Notes: generated from the sequence alone by a model not told the origin. Positions 1 to 9,906 are shown, numbered from the stretch's first letter. The stretch is DNA of 47,636 bases from an uncultured Gammaproteobacteria bacterium (GCA_964523515.1 CAZFZP010000001.1:10079-57714), one strand, 5' to 3'. Numbers and translations: made by a program.

Positions 1-862
1 TCTCCAAAACTCCACCTTTTTTATAAGCTATGACTGGTTTACCCAAAGCCTGAGCCTCCAAAGGAGTTAGCCCAAAATCCTCTTCCCCACAAACTAAAAG
101 AGCCCTACATCCAGCTAAAAGTTTTACTAACAAATTTTCATCAACTAAACCCAACAGCTGAACGCTAGGACCCGCTAAGCGATATAAATTATCATACTCA
201 GGTCCCACTCCCACAACCTGCAAAGGAATATTTAACTGATTAGCTGCTTTGACTGCCAAATCCACCCTTTTATATTTATTAAGTCTGGTGACTACCAACA
301 AATAACCTCCATCAAAAGGCTCAACATCTTTTAGCTTCTCAATATCCACCGGAGGATAAATCACCGTTGAGTCAACTCCATAAATATCTTTAATTTTTTG
401 CTGAGCGTTTTTTGACCCTGCTATCCAATCGTCCACCCTTTTTGCTGAGACAAGATCATACCTTTTAAACCATTCCCCTCCAAGTATTTTTTTATTCCCC
501 CATAAAAACCGGGGTGGGGTATGACAGTAACAGATATGTCTAGTCTGTGGTTTAGTGATAATTGATTTGGCAAAACGGGTGGTGGAAGAGATCACTACAT
601 CAAACTCTGAAAAGTCAAACTGCTCAAAAGCGATTGGATAAAGCGGTAGTAAAAACTTATAAAGCATCCTCCATCCTGGGACTTTCTGAAGAAATGATGT
701 CTTAATATCTTTTTTAGCAAAATATTCAGTTAATAATGGATTCTGCTTGTTATACAGTGAGGTAAAAATTGCAGCCTCAGGAAAAATCTGAGTTAGATGA
801 TAAAAAGTCCGCTCTGCCCCACCCCATTGAACCAGATCATCATGAACTAAGGCTATGCGCAT
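1..862 (-). CDS. Glycosyltransferase family 4 (GT-B, group 1), C-terminus cut by window edge
   Basis: Absent from the ORF track because it runs off the window. Hand translation of the minus strand from ATG 862..860 stays open to base 2: MRIALVHDDLVQWGGAERTFYHL... It has a typical GT4 N-terminus and a C-terminal E-x7-E region, GEEDFGLTPLEAQALGKPVIAY. The start overlaps the stop of the upstream gene (853..855) by 10 nt. Confidence 0.75.
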   Translation of the reverse strand, partial: MRIALVHDDLVQWGGAERTFYHLTQIFPEAAIFTSLYNKQNPLLTEYFAKKDIKTSFLQKVPGWRMLYKFLLPLYPIAFEQFDFSEFDVVISSTTRFAKSIITKPQTRHICYCHTPPRFLWGNKKILGGEWFKRYDLVSAKRVDDWIAGSKNAQQKIKDIYGVDSTVIYPPVDIEKLKDVEPFDGGYLLVVTRLNKYKRVDLAVKAANQLNIPLQVVGVGPEYDNLYRLAGPSVQLLGLVDENLLVKLLAGCRALLVCGEEDFGLTPLEAQALGKPVIAYKKGGVLE

Positions 863-1962
863 TGTTTATAAACCTCTAAAGTTTGTTGTGCTAAATTTTC
901 CCAGCTAAATTTTTTATAGTGTTTTAGGCCTCGATCAGTTAACACTTTTCTTAATCGACTGTTTTCTATAACCTGCAATAACTTTCCCCTCATCTCAATT
1001 TCATCTTTAGGATCAAAATAAAAGACGGCGTCCTCACCAACCTCTTTTATCACAGGAATGTTCGAAGCAACTACCGGACAACCAAAAGCCATAGCTTCTA
1101 AAAGCGGAATTCCAAAGCCTTCCTCAAGTGATGGGAAGACAAAAGCCAGGGCATTTTTATATAAGGTTGCCATCTGCTCGTCGGTGATAAACCCAGTAAA
1201 TACCACCCCCTGTATTGCATCATCTTGAACCAATTTTTGGACTCTTCTCCAGAAATAATTTTCCTTTCCTGATAACACCAACTGCAGCTCAGGATGAGTC
1301 AGCCTAAGCTGTCTAAACACAGTTATTAATTTTTCTAAATTTTTATGAGGATGGGCGTTGCCCACATAAAATAAATAACTTCCAGTTACCAACACTGCTG
1401 AATTATTTTTAGCAACCAGCTTAATTAATTCATCTTCCACTGCTTCATGGGTTGCTTTTATTTTCTCTGAATTTATACTCCATTCTTTAATTAGTTGATT
1501 TTTTATAGAGATGGTGGGGGTAATTATTTTTTGGGATTTATTTACAGCAAAATTAAAGACTTTTTTATACCCATACTTTTTAATTTTTTGAACTAACTCT
1601 CTTTTGGTCGATGTTTCCTGATCAGTAAAATGTTGATGAATCAGATCGTGGATCGTAACTACAAATTTCCCAGAATATAACAAAGGAACGTTAAAATGAG
1701 GATAATGTACTACGTCCAGGTTTAGTTTGGATAATATTCCCGGTAATTCCCATTGCTCCTTAAGTCCATACCAGCCAAAATTAGCTTTAATTTTGCTGAA
1801 GTTTTTTGGTAATTTTATATGTATATTTTTTTCCTGAAGTAAAACAAAGTAGCTGTTGTGCTTATCTAATTTACCAAGATGGGAGATTAAATTCCTTAAA
1901 TATCTACCAATTCCCGACTCATCGTACATCCTAGCGTCAATGCCAATTCTCATAGCGCTCAT
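853..1962 (-). CDS. Glycosyltransferase family 4
   Basis: 369 aa. GT4 E-x7-E signature: PSLEEGFGIPLLEAMAFGCPVVASN. C-terminal KKFSWE motif is shared with the GT4s at 9903..11072 and 11056..12093. Confidence 0.85.
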   Translation of the reverse strand: MSAMRIGIDARMYDESGIGRYLRNLISHLGKLDKHNSYFVLLQEKNIHIKLPKNFSKIKANFGWYGLKEQWELPGILSKLNLDVVHYPHFNVPLLYSGKFVVTIHDLIHQHFTDQETSTKRELVQKIKKYGYKKVFNFAVNKSQKIITPTISIKNQLIKEWSINSEKIKATHEAVEDELIKLVAKNNSAVLVTGSYLFYVGNAHPHKNLEKLITVFRQLRLTHPELQLVLSGKENYFWRRVQKLVQDDAIQGVVFTGFITDEQMATLYKNALAFVFPSLEEGFGIPLLEAMAFGCPVVASNIPVIKEVGEDAVFYFDPKDEIEMRGKLLQVIENSRLRKVLTDRGLKHYKKFSWENLAQQTLEVYKQCA

Positions 1963-1963
1963 T

Positions 1964-2833
1964 TTATACAGTTAGCTTCCGTCTTGCCAACCACCATCTT
2001 AAATCTATTCCCAAATAGACCAGCCAATTTATAAAGAACGGGTACTTCTTTTCTAAATGTTTTTTATAAAAAGTCTTCATAGTTTCATAGAAATAATTCA
2101 GTGATCTCTTCTTGGTTTCTAAATCAGCAGCAGATTGTTCCTGTGTTTGTTTTTTTAAACCCGATGATATTCCTTTAAAATGTACCACCTGAACATTCGG
2201 TAAGTAAACAATCTTCAAGCCTGCTTTTTTAATTCTGAAGCACAGATCAATATCTTCGGCAAACATAAAATAATCCTCATCAAATACTCCCACCTTTTCT
2301 AAAACCTCTTTGCTAGTAAAGAAGAAAGCTCCAGTGATGGCATCAACCTCATGGGGCTGGTTTATCTTAATTTTACTAAGATGATACAAGGAATCGTCAC
2401 CTAGAAAGTACAGCAGTGAGGCCCAAGGAGTCGGAAAACCTCTGTGTGCAGTCATATCTACCCTACCATCCTCAAAAATAATTTTAGGTGTTACGGCACC
2501 AACATCACCGTGATCCTCCATATACCGCAAACATTCCTTGATGGCACCTTCTTTAACTACCATGTCCGGGTTTAAAATTAATATATATTTGCTTTTTACA
2601 TTCCTAATTACTTGATTGTGGGCTCTACCAAATCCTACATTTTCTTTATTTAAAATATACTTTATATTTGGAAATTTTAATTGAGCTTGTTTTATAGAAT
2701 CGTCAGTTGAGGAGTTATCGACTACTGTAATATCCATCTTCATTTCATTCGACACCAGCATTAATGATTCCAATGTCCCCAGAAGATAATCTCCGGCATT
2801 ATAATTAACAATAGAAACAGTAAGCTGACTCAT
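1964..2833 (-). CDS. Glycosyltransferase family 2 (GT-A)
   Basis: 289 aa. N-terminal SIVNYN, then VVDNSSTDDS, LNPD, and the acceptor-side motif FAEDIDLCFR. Confidence 0.85.
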   Translation of the reverse strand: MSQLTVSIVNYNAGDYLLGTLESLMLVSNEMKMDITVVDNSSTDDSIKQAQLKFPNIKYILNKENVGFGRAHNQVIRNVKSKYILILNPDMVVKEGAIKECLRYMEDHGDVGAVTPKIIFEDGRVDMTAHRGFPTPWASLLYFLGDDSLYHLSKIKINQPHEVDAITGAFFFTSKEVLEKVGVFDEDYFMFAEDIDLCFRIKKAGLKIVYLPNVQVVHFKGISSGLKKQTQEQSAADLETKKRSLNYFYETMKTFYKKHLEKKYPFFINWLVYLGIDLRWWLARRKLTV

Positions 2834-4017
2834 TTTCTCGCCACCTCTTTGTATAAACTATCTAACTTGGCAACAATTGGGTCCCAATCATATTTTTTTC
2901 TCACCATCTCTTTGGCATTTTTAGCTAACTCCTTTTGCCTCCTTGGATCTTTGAGGAGCTTAACTGTCTCTTTTATAATCTCCTCTGGATCATCACAAAT
3001 AATCACCTCTTTACCGTTCGTTGCCTCTGTCCCACCAATGCCAATAGAGGTAGTAATCACTGGTAACGATGAAGCAAACGCTTCAAAGTTTTTGTACCTG
3101 GTGCCACCACTACCATAAATCGGTGCCACTAAAACTGTTGCTTCCTGATACACTGATCTGACATCTTTAACCTCTTCCACTCTGATATCCTCACTTTTTA
3201 GGTGAGTAAAAAATCTTTCAGCCTCCTTACCAATAATCCATAATTTAGCGCTCTTTACCTCCTGCTTTATCTTGGGCCAAATTCTTCTTATTAAAACATC
3301 AACTGCTTCTCTGTTTTGTAGCCAGGTAAAGTTACCCAAATATAAAATTACTGGTTGCTTTGATTTATCAGCCACTTTTTGAGAAAAGAAATCAGTATCT
3401 ACTCCATTTGGAACAATATCAACATTTAAAGAAGGCAGTTCTTTCAACATAATTTTAGTATCTTCCTCTGACATAGCCACAACTTTGTTAGCCTTTTTCC
3501 AGTACTCCAACTCCCAATATTTCGTTTTAGCAACGTCATAATAAAGCAGCGGTTTTAACGGTAACATCGAGGAGCTTTGAGCAAAATGACGATAAACCAA
3601 AAACTCGATCGTTTGCTCAACTAATAATATTGGTAACTCAGTTTTGGGAATATGGGGCATGACATAAAAAGTTTCGGCATGAATTAAATCAAATTTTTGA
3701 CTTTCCAATTTTTGTTTTATTGCTGCTTTTTCACCAGAAGCCCAATTCCTAATTACTAAAAAGGGGTGCCAGCTAAAACCAGTTCTCAATATATTTTTTA
3801 GAGTCCAGGGTGTTTTTGATCTTTTGAAAACCTGCACCTCTTCACAAAATTTTTCCAGCTCCGGAACATTTACCCGTTCCGATTCATCTTTGATTAAAGA
3901 AAACAGGGTAATTTTGTGTCCGAGTTTGGCCATCCGTTTAATTAAATTATAAGAACGGGTTTGACCACCCGTTACCAATGGGTAAGGCAGATACGGAGTC
4001 AACATTAAAATTTTCAT
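2830..4017 (-). CDS. Glycosyltransferase family 4
   Basis: 395 aa. N-terminus MKILMLTPYLPYPLVTGGQTRSYNL is typical of GT4 N-domains. The C-terminal half has the nucleotide-sugar-binding region (GSGGTRYKNFEAFASSLPVITT). 4-nt overlaps with the downstream gene. Confidence 0.8.
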   Translation of the reverse strand: MKILMLTPYLPYPLVTGGQTRSYNLIKRMAKLGHKITLFSLIKDESERVNVPELEKFCEEVQVFKRSKTPWTLKNILRTGFSWHPFLVIRNWASGEKAAIKQKLESQKFDLIHAETFYVMPHIPKTELPILLVEQTIEFLVYRHFAQSSSMLPLKPLLYYDVAKTKYWELEYWKKANKVVAMSEEDTKIMLKELPSLNVDIVPNGVDTDFFSQKVADKSKQPVILYLGNFTWLQNREAVDVLIRRIWPKIKQEVKSAKLWIIGKEAERFFTHLKSEDIRVEEVKDVRSVYQEATVLVAPIYGSGGTRYKNFEAFASSLPVITTSIGIGGTEATNGKEVIICDDPEEIIKETVKLLKDPRRQKELAKNAKEMVRKKYDWDPIVAKLDSLYKEVARK

Positions 4018-4023
4018 ATATCC

Positions 4024-5463
4024 CTACAGGCTTAATTTAGTCACATCAATGATCACATATTTTTCAGTTTTTTCCACCACCTTATATTTTTTGATAATCT
4101 TATTTGTTTGATCATCGAAATTAACTGAAACATAATGAGTAATACCATAATTTTTAACTAAATCTTCAATTGGGTAAGCCAAAAATGCCCATCCAGGACG
4201 GTTAACATAATACAAAAAAGAGGTATCTCCGTTGTATGGAGCCACCACTTTGGCATTCTTAGGCAAAATATCATCAGCTCTGTGACCCGCCTCAACTATA
4301 ATGCCATTATTTATTTGATATAAACCCTTAACCTCATTCCATGGTAAATATATAGTTAACACCAATAAAAACAGCGCCACAGGAATAGTTATATATCTAG
4401 GAATAAACTGCGGAATGGTAGTAAATAGAAGCATAAATCCTCTAACTGTAAACAATATCAGCACAGGAGCTATTAAGTATTGGTAGTAATCATGTTGAAC
4501 GTTACCGGTTGCAAAAACCACTAAATATAGTAAGGAAGATAGTAGTAGTAAGTGCAGTGTCCATCCCTCACCTTGCTTGGGCTTAAGTAATCCACCTAAA
4601 GCTAAAAGTATTACCCCCCCAACTCCCAAGATCTCTCTTCCAAACCTTTCACCAACAATCCATTTAAAAAATGCTGGACGGAAACGGATCCCATTGCCAT
4701 TCAATAACCAATTAGATGCTGGTATTCCTTCCGGGTGCTGTAGTATCCAAAGTCTCCATAAAATAAATGGTGTAAAACTAAGCAATATATAATACAAATA
4801 GCATTTAGGTATTGGCCACCACCGTCCCTCTTTTATCCTAAAACTATAGATATGAGGCATTAAATAAAATATGGCAAACGGCTTTGTTAAAAACGCTAAG
4901 GCCGTAAAAATAACAGCGGTCAACAGTCTATTCTTGGTATTATTTTCAATCCACAACCCAACTGCGTAAAACATCCCTAAACAGTAAAATACTAGCGATG
5001 GTTCCGGTAAAACTACCCGTGAATAAAAAACAGCATAAGGTAATGTGGCAAAAAGTGCTGCCGATAATATACCAGCCACCTCCCCCCAATATTTTTTTCC
5101 AATCAAATAAATAAATATTAATGATCCTATTGAAAAAAAGACTGATACTAAGCGGGGTATTCTCTCATGAGTATCTCCGGTGATTAGATAAACAAAGTAG
5201 ACTATGGAATTGTAAATAGGGAACTCCACAAACCGATACCTGCCTGGATTTGGAACAGGGTCTTGTGCCACACCGGACATATCATCATATTTTGGTATAA
5301 ATGGGTTAAAACCTTCCTTTAAAAAACTCCTGGATACCGCGGCAGTATCCGCCTGACGCCAAGCATGCCAATCAGCAATTGGATTATCAATTTTATACAA
5401 TCTAGCATAGAACGCTACCGCGACAATTATCAGCAGTAATAAATAGATCGTCAGTTTTTTCAT
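4024..5463 (-). CDS. GT-C fold glycosyltransferase, ArnT/PMT-like (GT39/GT83-type)
   Basis: 479 aa with about 11-12 hydrophobic segments. After TM1 there is a loop motif, DNPIADWHAWRQADTAAVSRSF, of the kind I recall from proteins annotated as family 39 / 4-amino-arabinose-transferase-like. C-terminal soluble domain of about 90 aa. Confidence 0.7.
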   Translation of the reverse strand: MKKLTIYLLLLIIVAVAFYARLYKIDNPIADWHAWRQADTAAVSRSFLKEGFNPFIPKYDDMSGVAQDPVPNPGRYRFVEFPIYNSIVYFVYLITGDTHERIPRLVSVFFSIGSLIFIYLIGKKYWGEVAGILSAALFATLPYAVFYSRVVLPEPSLVFYCLGMFYAVGLWIENNTKNRLLTAVIFTALAFLTKPFAIFYLMPHIYSFRIKEGRWWPIPKCYLYYILLSFTPFILWRLWILQHPEGIPASNWLLNGNGIRFRPAFFKWIVGERFGREILGVGGVILLALGGLLKPKQGEGWTLHLLLLSSLLYLVVFATGNVQHDYYQYLIAPVLILFTVRGFMLLFTTIPQFIPRYITIPVALFLLVLTIYLPWNEVKGLYQINNGIIVEAGHRADDILPKNAKVVAPYNGDTSFLYYVNRPGWAFLAYPIEDLVKNYGITHYVSVNFDDQTNKIIKKYKVVEKTEKYVIIDVTKLSL

Positions 5464-6905
5464 GCCGTGTGATTAAAATCCTTCTTTTGCGTAGCTAGAG
5501 CTATACCAATGATTATCCAAAATAAAACAGCCACCTTGGAGGCCTCAAAAGCATCAATGAACATAGCGTTAAGTATAAAGGCTAAGATCATAGCAATGAC
5601 TCCAACTTTAAAGAATCTTATCAAACGCCCTACTGAATTGATATTAGTTCTAATCGTTCTTATTATCTCGATTAATAATAATATAAAAGCCACTGTACCT
5701 AATAATCCCACCTCACCCAAAGACCTTAAAACATCATTGTCCGTTGCCAGTCCAAGCGATGCATAACCAGTACCAATTAACGGGTTCTTGGTAAAGGCTC
5801 TGATTGCAGCCGGCCATTCATAGTTAACTCTAATTCCCAGTGATCGGTATACTCCAAGCTGTGTGGTGTCAGTTGGTTCTCCGGGAGCAATATCAGAGGC
5901 AATATATTCATCCTGGGTAGCAGACTTTGTAGCCTCTTGTACCTCCCTGTTTTTTGTTGGTACTGGAGTTGCCAGTTGAAGAGTTGGGATATTGAATTGG
6001 GAGTTATTCTTAGTATTATTTTCTGGAACATACCGGTCTCCTCCTTTTTGAATATTGATGGTGATAGTAGAGATAAATCTATCACGGAGCTGAGAGGGAT
6101 AAATCAGGGTTAAAGACGCTATGATCAGCATTAACAAGATAATAATCCTCTTCTTAATTAACCACAGCCCTACAATCGCTCCCATCAACGTTGCCACAAA
6201 TGCTTGTCTGGCTGCAGTTAGAACTAAAATATAAAATGACAATATAGATAAGAATACTAATAAGACTTTCCAATATTTATTGACAACAAAAAATAAAGGG
6301 ACCGCAGCAACTAGCACTAATGATAAAAATATTGCTAAGTCATAGTGCCCAGCAAATGTCGAGTTAACTCTAGCTCCAGGAGTTAAATAAAGAATTAGCC
6401 CCTTAGAAAACTCTGAATTTCCCGTCGATATGACCGGCCAACCTAAGTACTGTTGTCCCAAAGCATAAATATTTACCAAAAAAACAACAACAGCTAGAGT
6501 AATTAATGATATTTTTACCTGATGCAAGTTTTTAATTGCAGTTACGGCGATCGGCAACAATATCATAAACTCAATTCTCCTTAAATAATGTAGTAATCCC
6601 AGGTGAGGCAGGGTTGTATGAGTTAGGAATATGCCCGAGAATAATGATAAAGCGCCTATGCCCCAAAACAAAAATAAAAGCCTATTAATTCTGCTTTGCA
6701 AAATAACTTTTAATGTCTGAGATAAAAGTAAATATCCAATCCAAACAAAAGTTATGGCTGCAATGAGAAAATCTTCTAATCTAATCGCTACAAATGTATT
6801 TGCTACATTAAAAAGTGGTAATTTTGGGTAGAGTGGAATAAACACCAACATCACTAAAACTAATATAAATAGTGTTCTCTCAAAGATTAATTGCCACTTT
6901 TGCAT
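5460..6905 (-). CDS. Wzy_C-domain membrane protein (O-antigen ligase / polymerase / PglL-like O-oligosaccharyltransferase family)
   Basis: 481 aa and polytopic. It has a large hydrophilic loop (about residues 285-370, GGDRYVPENNTKNN...EWPAAIRAF) between TM blocks. It also has a conserved-looking TAARQAFVATLMG segment, as in WaaL/Wzy_C proteins. Confidence 0.6.
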   Translation of the reverse strand: MQKWQLIFERTLFILVLVMLVFIPLYPKLPLFNVANTFVAIRLEDFLIAAITFVWIGYLLLSQTLKVILQSRINRLLFLFWGIGALSLFSGIFLTHTTLPHLGLLHYLRRIEFMILLPIAVTAIKNLHQVKISLITLAVVVFLVNIYALGQQYLGWPVISTGNSEFSKGLILYLTPGARVNSTFAGHYDLAIFLSLVLVAAVPLFFVVNKYWKVLLVFLSILSFYILVLTAARQAFVATLMGAIVGLWLIKKRIIILLMLIIASLTLIYPSQLRDRFISTITINIQKGGDRYVPENNTKNNSQFNIPTLQLATPVPTKNREVQEATKSATQDEYIASDIAPGEPTDTTQLGVYRSLGIRVNYEWPAAIRAFTKNPLIGTGYASLGLATDNDVLRSLGEVGLLGTVAFILLLIEIIRTIRTNINSVGRLIRFFKVGVIAMILAFILNAMFIDAFEASKVAVLFWIIIGIALATQKKDFNHTA

Positions 6906-7764
6906 AAGTCCTCCCTATCTCTAATTTTCCCATAATCGTAAATATTAATGCTCGTAGGATAATAAAAAAATAAAACAGTTGTTTCATCAGTTTTGCCGTT
7001 AATTGACCATAATATTTTTGATAAATATAAAGTACGCCCTGAAACTCACCTAGCCACTGCTTAAACTGTGGTTTTTCACTACTGGCTCCACCAACATGGA
7101 TTACCTCTGCTTGATTTGTCCAACCAACCTTAAAATTATTTTGTTTTACTCTCATACAATATTCAACATCTTCACCATACATAAAAATGTTTTCATCTAA
7201 AACCCCTACCTTTTTAATAACCTCATCTTTAATTAGCATCACCGAGCCGGATACCCAACCAACCTCTTTCCCATCCTGGTAGTAACTATCTGATCTGGCT
7301 TGATAGGACCAACCTGGAAATAAAATATCTAAATTAGCCAACCAGAGAAAAGTATTAAATGGTTTTGGTAGCTCTCCTGAGTTGGGTTGAAAAGCTTTAT
7401 TAGGATTTAGCAATTTACAGGAGATGACTCCATATTCAGTATGAGTATCAGCAAATAAAATTAAGTTGTCTAGAGAGTTAGGTAAAATCTTTGTGTCTGA
7501 GTTTAATAATAAATAATACTCTGCCGAAATTGATTTTAAGGCCTTATTATTACCCGCTGAAAACCCCAAATTTTCTTTATTCTCCAGTATTTTTACAGTT
7601 TTAAACCGTTGTTTTATCTCGCTAACGGTTTGATCAGTAGAAGCATTGTCAACTACTACAATTTCATAAGATTTTTTGGGAGGATTACTGATGATCGAAC
7701 TGATACAATTTAAGGTGATCTCTTTGGTATTAAAACTTAAAATAATAATTGCTAACTTAGGCAC
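6880..7764 (-). CDS. Glycosyltransferase family 2
   Basis: 294 aa. Motifs: IIILSFN, VVDNASTDQT, LLNSD, and MYGEDVEYCMR. Confidence 0.85.
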   Translation of the reverse strand: MPKLAIIILSFNTKEITLNCISSIISNPPKKSYEIVVVDNASTDQTVSEIKQRFKTVKILENKENLGFSAGNNKALKSISAEYYLLLNSDTKILPNSLDNLILFADTHTEYGVISCKLLNPNKAFQPNSGELPKPFNTFLWLANLDILFPGWSYQARSDSYYQDGKEVGWVSGSVMLIKDEVIKKVGVLDENIFMYGEDVEYCMRVKQNNFKVGWTNQAEVIHVGGASSEKPQFKQWLGEFQGVLYIYQKYYGQLTAKLMKQLFYFFIILRALIFTIMGKLEIGRTYAKVAINL

Positions 7765-8338
7765 TAAGGACCTCCTTGCCGGTTTTCCATAATAAATAAA
7801 TTGCAGTAGTTATCCCAGCCCAAACCACTAGTCTGATGGCTAAATTAGAAGGGTAGTACCTGAGGGTTACTTTGGTATCATAAGTATTCCCTCCCACCTC
7901 AAACTCGATTGCTCCTCTAAACCTTGGTTTTCCCTCAGTGGTGAAAGGCTCCAAGCCATTAACAAACAATGAGTCTCTCAAGGGATAGACAAACTCCTCT
8001 AAATAGGTTGATTGAGTCTGATCCTTAATCGCCGTAAAAGCAAACTCTGGTGGATAATTCAATCTTAACGGCGGAAAAGGAAATAATGTATTTTGCTGAT
8101 ACTGGTCCTTGTAGTAATTTGTTGAGAAATCTCGGTAGTTATCAGAGAAATATCCTGCAACATTTTTAACCTGGATAGTATCTCCTTCCAGAGTTGATGT
8201 TTGTGAAACAGGCAGAGATGGAAAGTCCTTAATTTCTGCGGGCCCCGGTAACACCATGTAAAGCAAAAACAGAACTGAGAAGATAAAAAACAACAGTTTT
8301 ACCATAATTTCGTTTACAAAATTACAAGATCTCGCCAA
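7757..8338 (-). CDS. Hypothetical bitopic membrane protein (TM at both ends, about 130-aa extracytoplasmic middle)
   Basis: 193 aa. N-terminal hydrophobic helix LLFFIFSVLFLLYMVL and C-terminal helix LVVWAGITTAIYLLW. The middle is rich in Y, F, P and N. I recognise no motif. It overlaps its downstream neighbour by 8 nt, so it sits inside the operon. Confidence 0.5.
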   Translation of the reverse strand: MARSCNFVNEIMVKLLFFIFSVLFLLYMVLPGPAEIKDFPSLPVSQTSTLEGDTIQVKNVAGYFSDNYRDFSTNYYKDQYQQNTLFPFPPLRLNYPPEFAFTAIKDQTQSTYLEEFVYPLRDSLFVNGLEPFTTEGKPRFRGAIEFEVGGNTYDTKVTLRYYPSNLAIRLVVWAGITTAIYLLWKTGKEVLSA

Positions 8339-8353
8339 AAGCGAGTAGACTTA

Positions 8354-8992
8354 TTACTGAAATAGTCTGACACGTCCGAGCTTATATTTTGGATCTTTTA
8401 ATTTTCTTTCACCTATCTCTTTAGCTGGAACCCCACCTACAATTGTAAAATTAGGGACATCCTTGGTAACCACCGCGCCCGCTGCTATTACGGCTCCATA
8501 CCCAATCCTGACACCAGGTAAAATTATTGCCCTGGGGCCAATAAATACATAATTTTCTATAGATACTGGTGCGTTTGTAGCAGAGAAAAATTCTGAATTA
8601 ACATCATGTTCAGAGTTATAAATCATTACATCTGAGGCAATATCAACAGAATCTCCTATTGTTAACTTGTCTCTACCATCTAAAAAAACATTTTGGCCAA
8701 CTACCGATCCCTCACCGATACTAACTCCATTAGGATAAAAAAATTGAGCTCCCATGTGGATATGGGAACCCCTGCCAATTTTTACTCCAGCTAATATATA
8801 AACTAACCACCTAATAGAATGCAGCGGGATCCAGCCTGCAACTCTAACTATTAAGAGCTCCAGATCCAATACATAACTCCAAAATCTGAATACTGTTTTT
8901 TTAGCAACTTGGGTTAGGCTTAAACTTCTACCGTTCCTATCTTTTATTACTATACCAGCAGAACCAATTCCAATATGCTCTAAAAACAACAT
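8354..8992 (-). CDS. Left-handed beta-helix (hexapeptide repeat) O-acetyltransferase, WbbJ/WcaF-like
   Basis: 212 aa. N-terminal helix plus [19 protein letters not shown], followed by repeated [LIV]G-x4 hexapeptides ([42 protein letters not shown]). Ends with [12 protein letters not shown]. Confidence 0.8.
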   Translation of the reverse strand: MLFLEHIGIGSAGIVIKDRNGRSLSLTQVAKKTVFRFWSYVLDLELLIVRVAGWIPLHSIRWLVYILAGVKIGRGSHIHMGAQFFYPNGVSIGEGSVVGQNVFLDGRDKLTIGDSVDIASDVMIYNSEHDVNSEFFSATNAPVSIENYVFIGPRAIILPGVRIGYGAVIAAGAVVTKDVPNFTIVGGVPAKEIGERKLKDPKYKLGRVRLFQ

Positions 8993-9033
8993 CTTAGGTA
9001 AATCTTACAGTCTTTCAGGATCAATTAGCAAGT

Positions 9034-9906
9034 TTAAGTATCAAACATCCGTAGAATCTCTTCATCTGTTAGTTTAGATTCCTTTTTCTCAACCTCTCTT
9101 TTCTTTTGAACCTCAGCCCATTTTTTATAAGCTGACAAAAATACGCTCCAATATTTAGGGTTAATTAATAACATCTTAGCTAAAGCCATTTTATGTTCTG
9201 AAAATAGCTTCTCCGAGGTGATATTTTTCCAGATAAATAATAGTTGGTTTCTTTGGGCAATTCTAGAAAATTTAGCCATAGAAATATTCTCCTCAATGAC
9301 TCCTTTCTCTAAAGGTAACACTACTTTGCATTCTTTAACCCACAAATTTTTATAGCCTCTTTTAGTTGCTCTATAGCCCAAATCAGTATCTTCCTCATAA
9401 TAAGGATCAAAGAATTGATCCATACCTCCTAATTTATCAAATATATTTTTCCTAAATATTCCACTACCCCCTCTGGCCCAAAGAGTCTGATGAGTTTCAG
9501 GTTCTCCCTCTTTCATATAATGCCAAAAGAAACCTTTGTTAAAATTAGCCCAAGACCAATTGCCTCCAGTATTACAACCAACACTAAATAGCAAAGGATC
9601 TTTAAAATAAGGCAAGGCTTTAATGAGGCAATCCGTATCTGGAACAGCATCTGGGTTTAATAGAAATACCAAATCTCCGGCAGCCTTACTTACCCCACTG
9701 TTAACATTTGAGGAAAACCCACCGTTTTTATCTCTTTTAATCAATCTGACCCCGGGAAAACTGTTAATTACTGTAATGCTTTGATCAACTGAGGCATCAT
9801 CTGATACTAAAAACTCATCCACACCCTCAACTTTTAAGATCTTTGGCAGATACCTCTTAAGTTTCTCTGCCCCATTCCAGTTAATGACCACCACCGATGT
9901 TTTCAT
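9034..9906 (-). CDS. Glycosyltransferase family 2
   Basis: 290 aa. Motifs: VVVINWNG, VSDDASVDQS, LLNPD, and YEEDTDLGYR. Confidence 0.8.
   Translation of the reverse strand: MKTSVVVINWNGAEKLKRYLPKILKVEGVDEFLVSDDASVDQSITVINSFPGVRLIKRDKNGGFSSNVNSGVSKAAGDLVFLLNPDAVPDTDCLIKALPYFKDPLLFSVGCNTGGNWSWANFNKGFFWHYMKEGEPETHQTLWARGGSGIFRKNIFDKLGGMDQFFDPYYEEDTDLGYRATKRGYKNLWVKECKVVLPLEKGVIEENISMAKFSRIAQRNQLLFIWKNITSEKLFSEHKMALAKMLLINPKYWSVFLSAYKKWAEVQKKREVEKKESKLTDEEILRMFDT

Noticed and set aside
2849-3118. Short plus-strand ORFs lying antisense inside long minus-strand genes. Examples: 2849..3118, 4577..4792, 5509..5766, 11084..11344, 12576..12842, 13993..14214, 15659..15943, 15959..16336, 17229..17525, 17518..17706, 17715..18044, 20409..20867, 21675..21875, 22434..22628, 23724..23909, 25591..25776, 26620..26865, 27098..27280, 27337..27543, 28685..28978, 29823..30014, 33499..33681, 35294..35482, 39469..39774, 39967..40170, 45615..45806, 46445..46852.
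   Set aside because: Each is fully or almost fully contained in a much longer opposite-strand ORF with clear family motifs. Their translations are low-complexity (rich in S, L, I, P, K) with no motifs. Such shadow ORFs are expected in AT-rich DNA with few stop codons on the antisense strand.
5777-6085. Same-strand alternative-frame ORFs inside longer genes: 5777..6085, 20791..20973, 22876..23064, 32224..32541, 35200..35475, 44554..44799, 47242..47451, and 42267..42452 (minus strand, inside a plus-strand gene).
   Set aside because: They are nested within confidently assigned longer reading frames and show no recognisable motifs. There is no evidence of programmed frameshifting, such as a slippery site with a downstream structure.
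8993-9033. Possible internal promoter in the 41-bp gap upstream of the acetyltransferase gene. The minus strand reads TTGCTA, an 18-nt spacer, then TAAGAT.
   Set aside because: The match to consensus is weak (4/6 in each hexamer) in AT-rich sequence and has a non-optimal spacer. It is not distinguishable from chance without transcript data.
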